Positions 60,931 through 64,000 of a stretch of 64,000 nucleotides of DNA are shown one piece after another. Made by a program: the position numbers and the translations under genes. The first letter of the stretch is position 1, and each line of letters opens with the position of its first letter. A model generated the notes under the pieces. It was not told where the DNA came from, searched no databases, and saw nothing but the letters and a program-made list of their open reading frames with translations. Source of the stretch: Malacoraja senta (taxonomy: Eukaryota); contig CM075988.1 in the NCBI GenBank assembly GCA_038087875.1, positions 23,376,001 through 23,440,000 on the forward strand, given 5' to 3'.

Positions 60931-62829
60931 TCACTGATAGGGGAAAGACTGCAAAAACTACCTTGGTATCATGGGGGAAAAGAAACAACAGCTTTGCACT
61001 ACCCCCAAATCAGATGATAACAGCATGCAACTTGACAATAAAGTAAGGAGCTAGTGTTAAAACTATGTTCTTCGAAAGAGGCATAATTTGTGTGTGCAAC
61101 TGCTTAGTTTGAGGAGCTGCGTGATTCTAATACCAGCAAAACAACTATGTTTTTAATGAAATGGATGGAATACGTTTTACTTTGATAATGCATTAAGAGT
61201 TTTTTGCTCATATAATTAGGAGAACAAACGGTTAATGGGTTCTGCTCAGGAAGTACGCAAAACACAATTTCTAAAGTTGAATCATATCAGTAAAAATTTT
61301 AAGCTTCTGCGACTTTGTTTTCATTTTGCCAGGAAAAAAATATTCAAGTGTTTGATAAGTGTTTCAAAGGTGGAAAAACATTTAAGTTCTTCTTTAAAAG
61401 GTCTCTCCAATGAAAGGTGTGAAAGATCTTAGAATTAACTTTTTAAAAACAGATCAAGTCCGTTGCATACGATTATTTTTATAAAATTGGTTAACAATTA
61501 CACACTTGTTTCCCATTTCCTGCTGAATGTTGTTAAATAATTTCAATTGAATTGGGATTCGGATGAGAGTGTGCTATTATGGACGGATACACCCACAGCC
61601 CTTCCTGGAATCAGTCTTTGCACTTCCCCCTCAGCAGAAGGCAGCAGTGAACCATTACCGGTCAAAGCCAATTGAGGAAGTTAGAGAAAAAAAAGTAGTT
61701 TAGAATCCCAGGAGCTAAGACAACAGGGACAATGACCTAATGTCCAATTTAAACTTGAGTTTGAAGTACTTCTAAAGAGAATTCAGTTTGTGAACATTTT
61801 TAGCAAGATATTATACAAGGGGGTGGGGGGAAGGATATTACCATGAAGGAAAGGGAAGGAAATACTATGAAATTACCATGCCTTCCAAGACATAAATAGC
61901 ATAATTGGGATCAGGATCAAGTTAAGATGTCCACCTGTTCAATTATATAAAAACAAAACGTGGAGCATTTGTGTATAAAACACTGCTCAAGGAAGTATTT
62001 CAAATTATATTATACTTTTGCACTGTAGTTGGCATTGCAACGTACGAAACAATCTGGCCAAGAAATGCTAGGGTCAAGTGTTGAAAGGGCACCAAGGAGA
62101 ATTCATGTGTACTGGACTGTAAAGTAACAGAGTTTCTATGAGCAACTAAAAGGATAAATCAGCAAGCAGAAGAAAATTCACATTTGAATAAGAAATATTC
62201 CAGTCTTTTAAGGAAATAATTTTACTCTACTATTGTACAGCTAAAACGTTTAACTATGACTTGATAGCTGCATAATTTCCACATCGAGATCTCAGAAAAT
62301 GTACCACAGAACTTTTAAAAGGCAGTGCAAAGCAATAAACATGAAACATTAAATATTAAAATTGTGCTCTCCAGAGAATATAATTAAAAAAGCACGCAGT
62401 CATAATATTCATAGTCCGAACTAAAAAAACAAATTGAACTAATATATCAGCACCACAAAGGAACACGTATAAAGAACTGATTTATACAGCCACTGTCTCC
62501 TGGAGTAACTCAGCGGGACAAGGTCTCTTAGTTCATTTTCTTCAATGTACTACTCAGGCAGTGGCTCTGGATCAAGGGTGTCCTTGCTTCGTCTCCAATT
62601 CTGCAGATCCTGAGATAACTAATGAGTACAACTAATGTAAGGGCTATAGATCAGGGAAGTGGTACCCAACATGATGGATGGGTGGGTAGTTTATGATGTG
62701 GATCACTCTTTTTGTCACTTATGTTGGGCTTGGTGCTCCCAATTCACAGATTGGAGATTCTCAGTGCCAAATACTCCTCCTCTGAGAAATTATGGGCCAG
62801 AGTTTTCCAAAAAGCTAGAGAGCACATTT

Positions 62830-64000
62830 TAGAAACATTGAAAATAGGTGCAGGAGTAGGCCATTCGGCCCTTAGAGCCTGCACCGCCATTCAATATGAT
62901 CATGGCTGATCATCCAACTCAGCATCCTGTACCTGCTTTCTCTCCATACCCCCTGATCCCTTTAGCCACAAGGGCCACATCTAACTCACTCTTAAATATA
63001 GCCAATGAACTGGCCTCAACTACCTTCTGTGGCAGAGAATTCCAGAGATTCACCACTCTCTGTGTGAAAAATGTTTTCCTCATCTCGGTCCTAAAAGAAT
63101 TCCCCCTTATCCTTTCCCCAACATCGGGAACAATCTTCCTGCATCTAGCCTGTCTAACCCCTTAAGAATTTTGTACGTTTCTATAAGATCCCCCCTCAAT
63201 CTTCTAAATTCTAGCGAGTACAAACCGAGTCTATCCAGTCTTTCTTCATATGAAAGTCCTGACATCCCAGGAATCAGTCTGGTGAACCTTCTCTGTACTC
63301 CCTCTATGGCAAGAATGTCTTTCCTCAGATTAGGAGACCAAAACTGTACGCAATACTCCAGGTGTGGTCTCACCAAGACCCTGTACAACTGCAGTAGAAC
63401 CTCCCTGCTCCTATACTCAAATCCTTTTGCTATGAATGCTAACATACCATTCGCCTTCTTCACTGCTTGCTGCACCTGCATGCCTACTTTTAATGACTGG
63501 TGTACCATGACACCCAGGTCCCCCCTTTTCCTAATCGGCCACCATTCAGATAATAGTCTACTTTCCTGTTTTTGCCACCAAAGTGGATAACCTCACATTT
63601 ATCCACATTATACTGCATCTCCCATGCATTTGCCCACTCACCCAGCCTATCCAAGTCACCTTGCAGCCTCCGAGCATCCTCCTCACAGCTAACACTGCCC
63701 TCCAGCTTCGTGTCATCCGCAAACTTGGAGATGTTGCATTCAATTCCCTCGTCCAAATCATAAATATATATCGTAAATAGCTGGGGTCCCAGCACTGAGC
63801 CTAGCGGTACCCCACTAGTCACTGCCTGCCATTGTGAAAAGGACCCATTTACTCCTACTCTTTGCTTCCTGTCTGCCAGCCAGTTCTCTATCCACATCAA
63901 TACTGAACCCCCAATACCGTGTGCTTTAAGTTTGTATACTAATCTCTTATGTGAGACCTTGTCGAAAACCTTCTGAAAGTCCAGATATAACACAACCACT
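62830..64000 (-). mobile_element. CR1 LINE, RT domain to 3' end (runs off the window), with a frameshift and deletions
   Basis: YLDFQKVFDKV...SGVPLGSVLGPQLF...ISKFADDTKL...[19 protein letters not shown]. Confidence 0.92.

Noticed and set aside
60030..64000. Searched for the next upstream CBL exon (post-RING region)
   Set aside because: No matching peptide seen; the TKB and RING exons must lie beyond the window.

Overview
This is repeat-rich vertebrate genomic DNA, most likely from an elasmobranch (skate or ray). That assignment is an inference from the abundant tRNA-derived V-domain (HE1-type) SINEs, CR1, Rex1/Babar and Penelope-like repeats. The window holds the 3' halves of two convergent genes. 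On + is MCAM/CD146 (second half of Ig domain 3 to the cytoplasmic tail, exons from 2199 to about 13 kb, then 3'UTR). On - is c-CBL (seven exons equivalent to human exons 10-16, 60029 down to 51604, probably with a very long 3'UTR). About 23 kb of intergenic, transposon-dense sequence separates them. Most ORF-track entries are repeat-derived or spurious. The main observations are: (1) a well-formed minimal hammerhead ribozyme in an MCAM intron; (2) a family of short, hammerhead-bearing Penelope-terminal units, many of them fold-back, each with its own 12-20 bp target-site duplication; (3) the MCAM 118-nt isoform-switch exon sits between two hairpin transposons and downstream of a TGCATG-rich UG repeat; (4) CBL lacks the Y731 YxxM PI3K site (CESM here); (5) there is a 1-nt phase conflict at the CBL exon-12 equivalent. 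Exon boundaries were read by eye. Repeat boundaries are approximate, and comparisons with human proteins are from memory.
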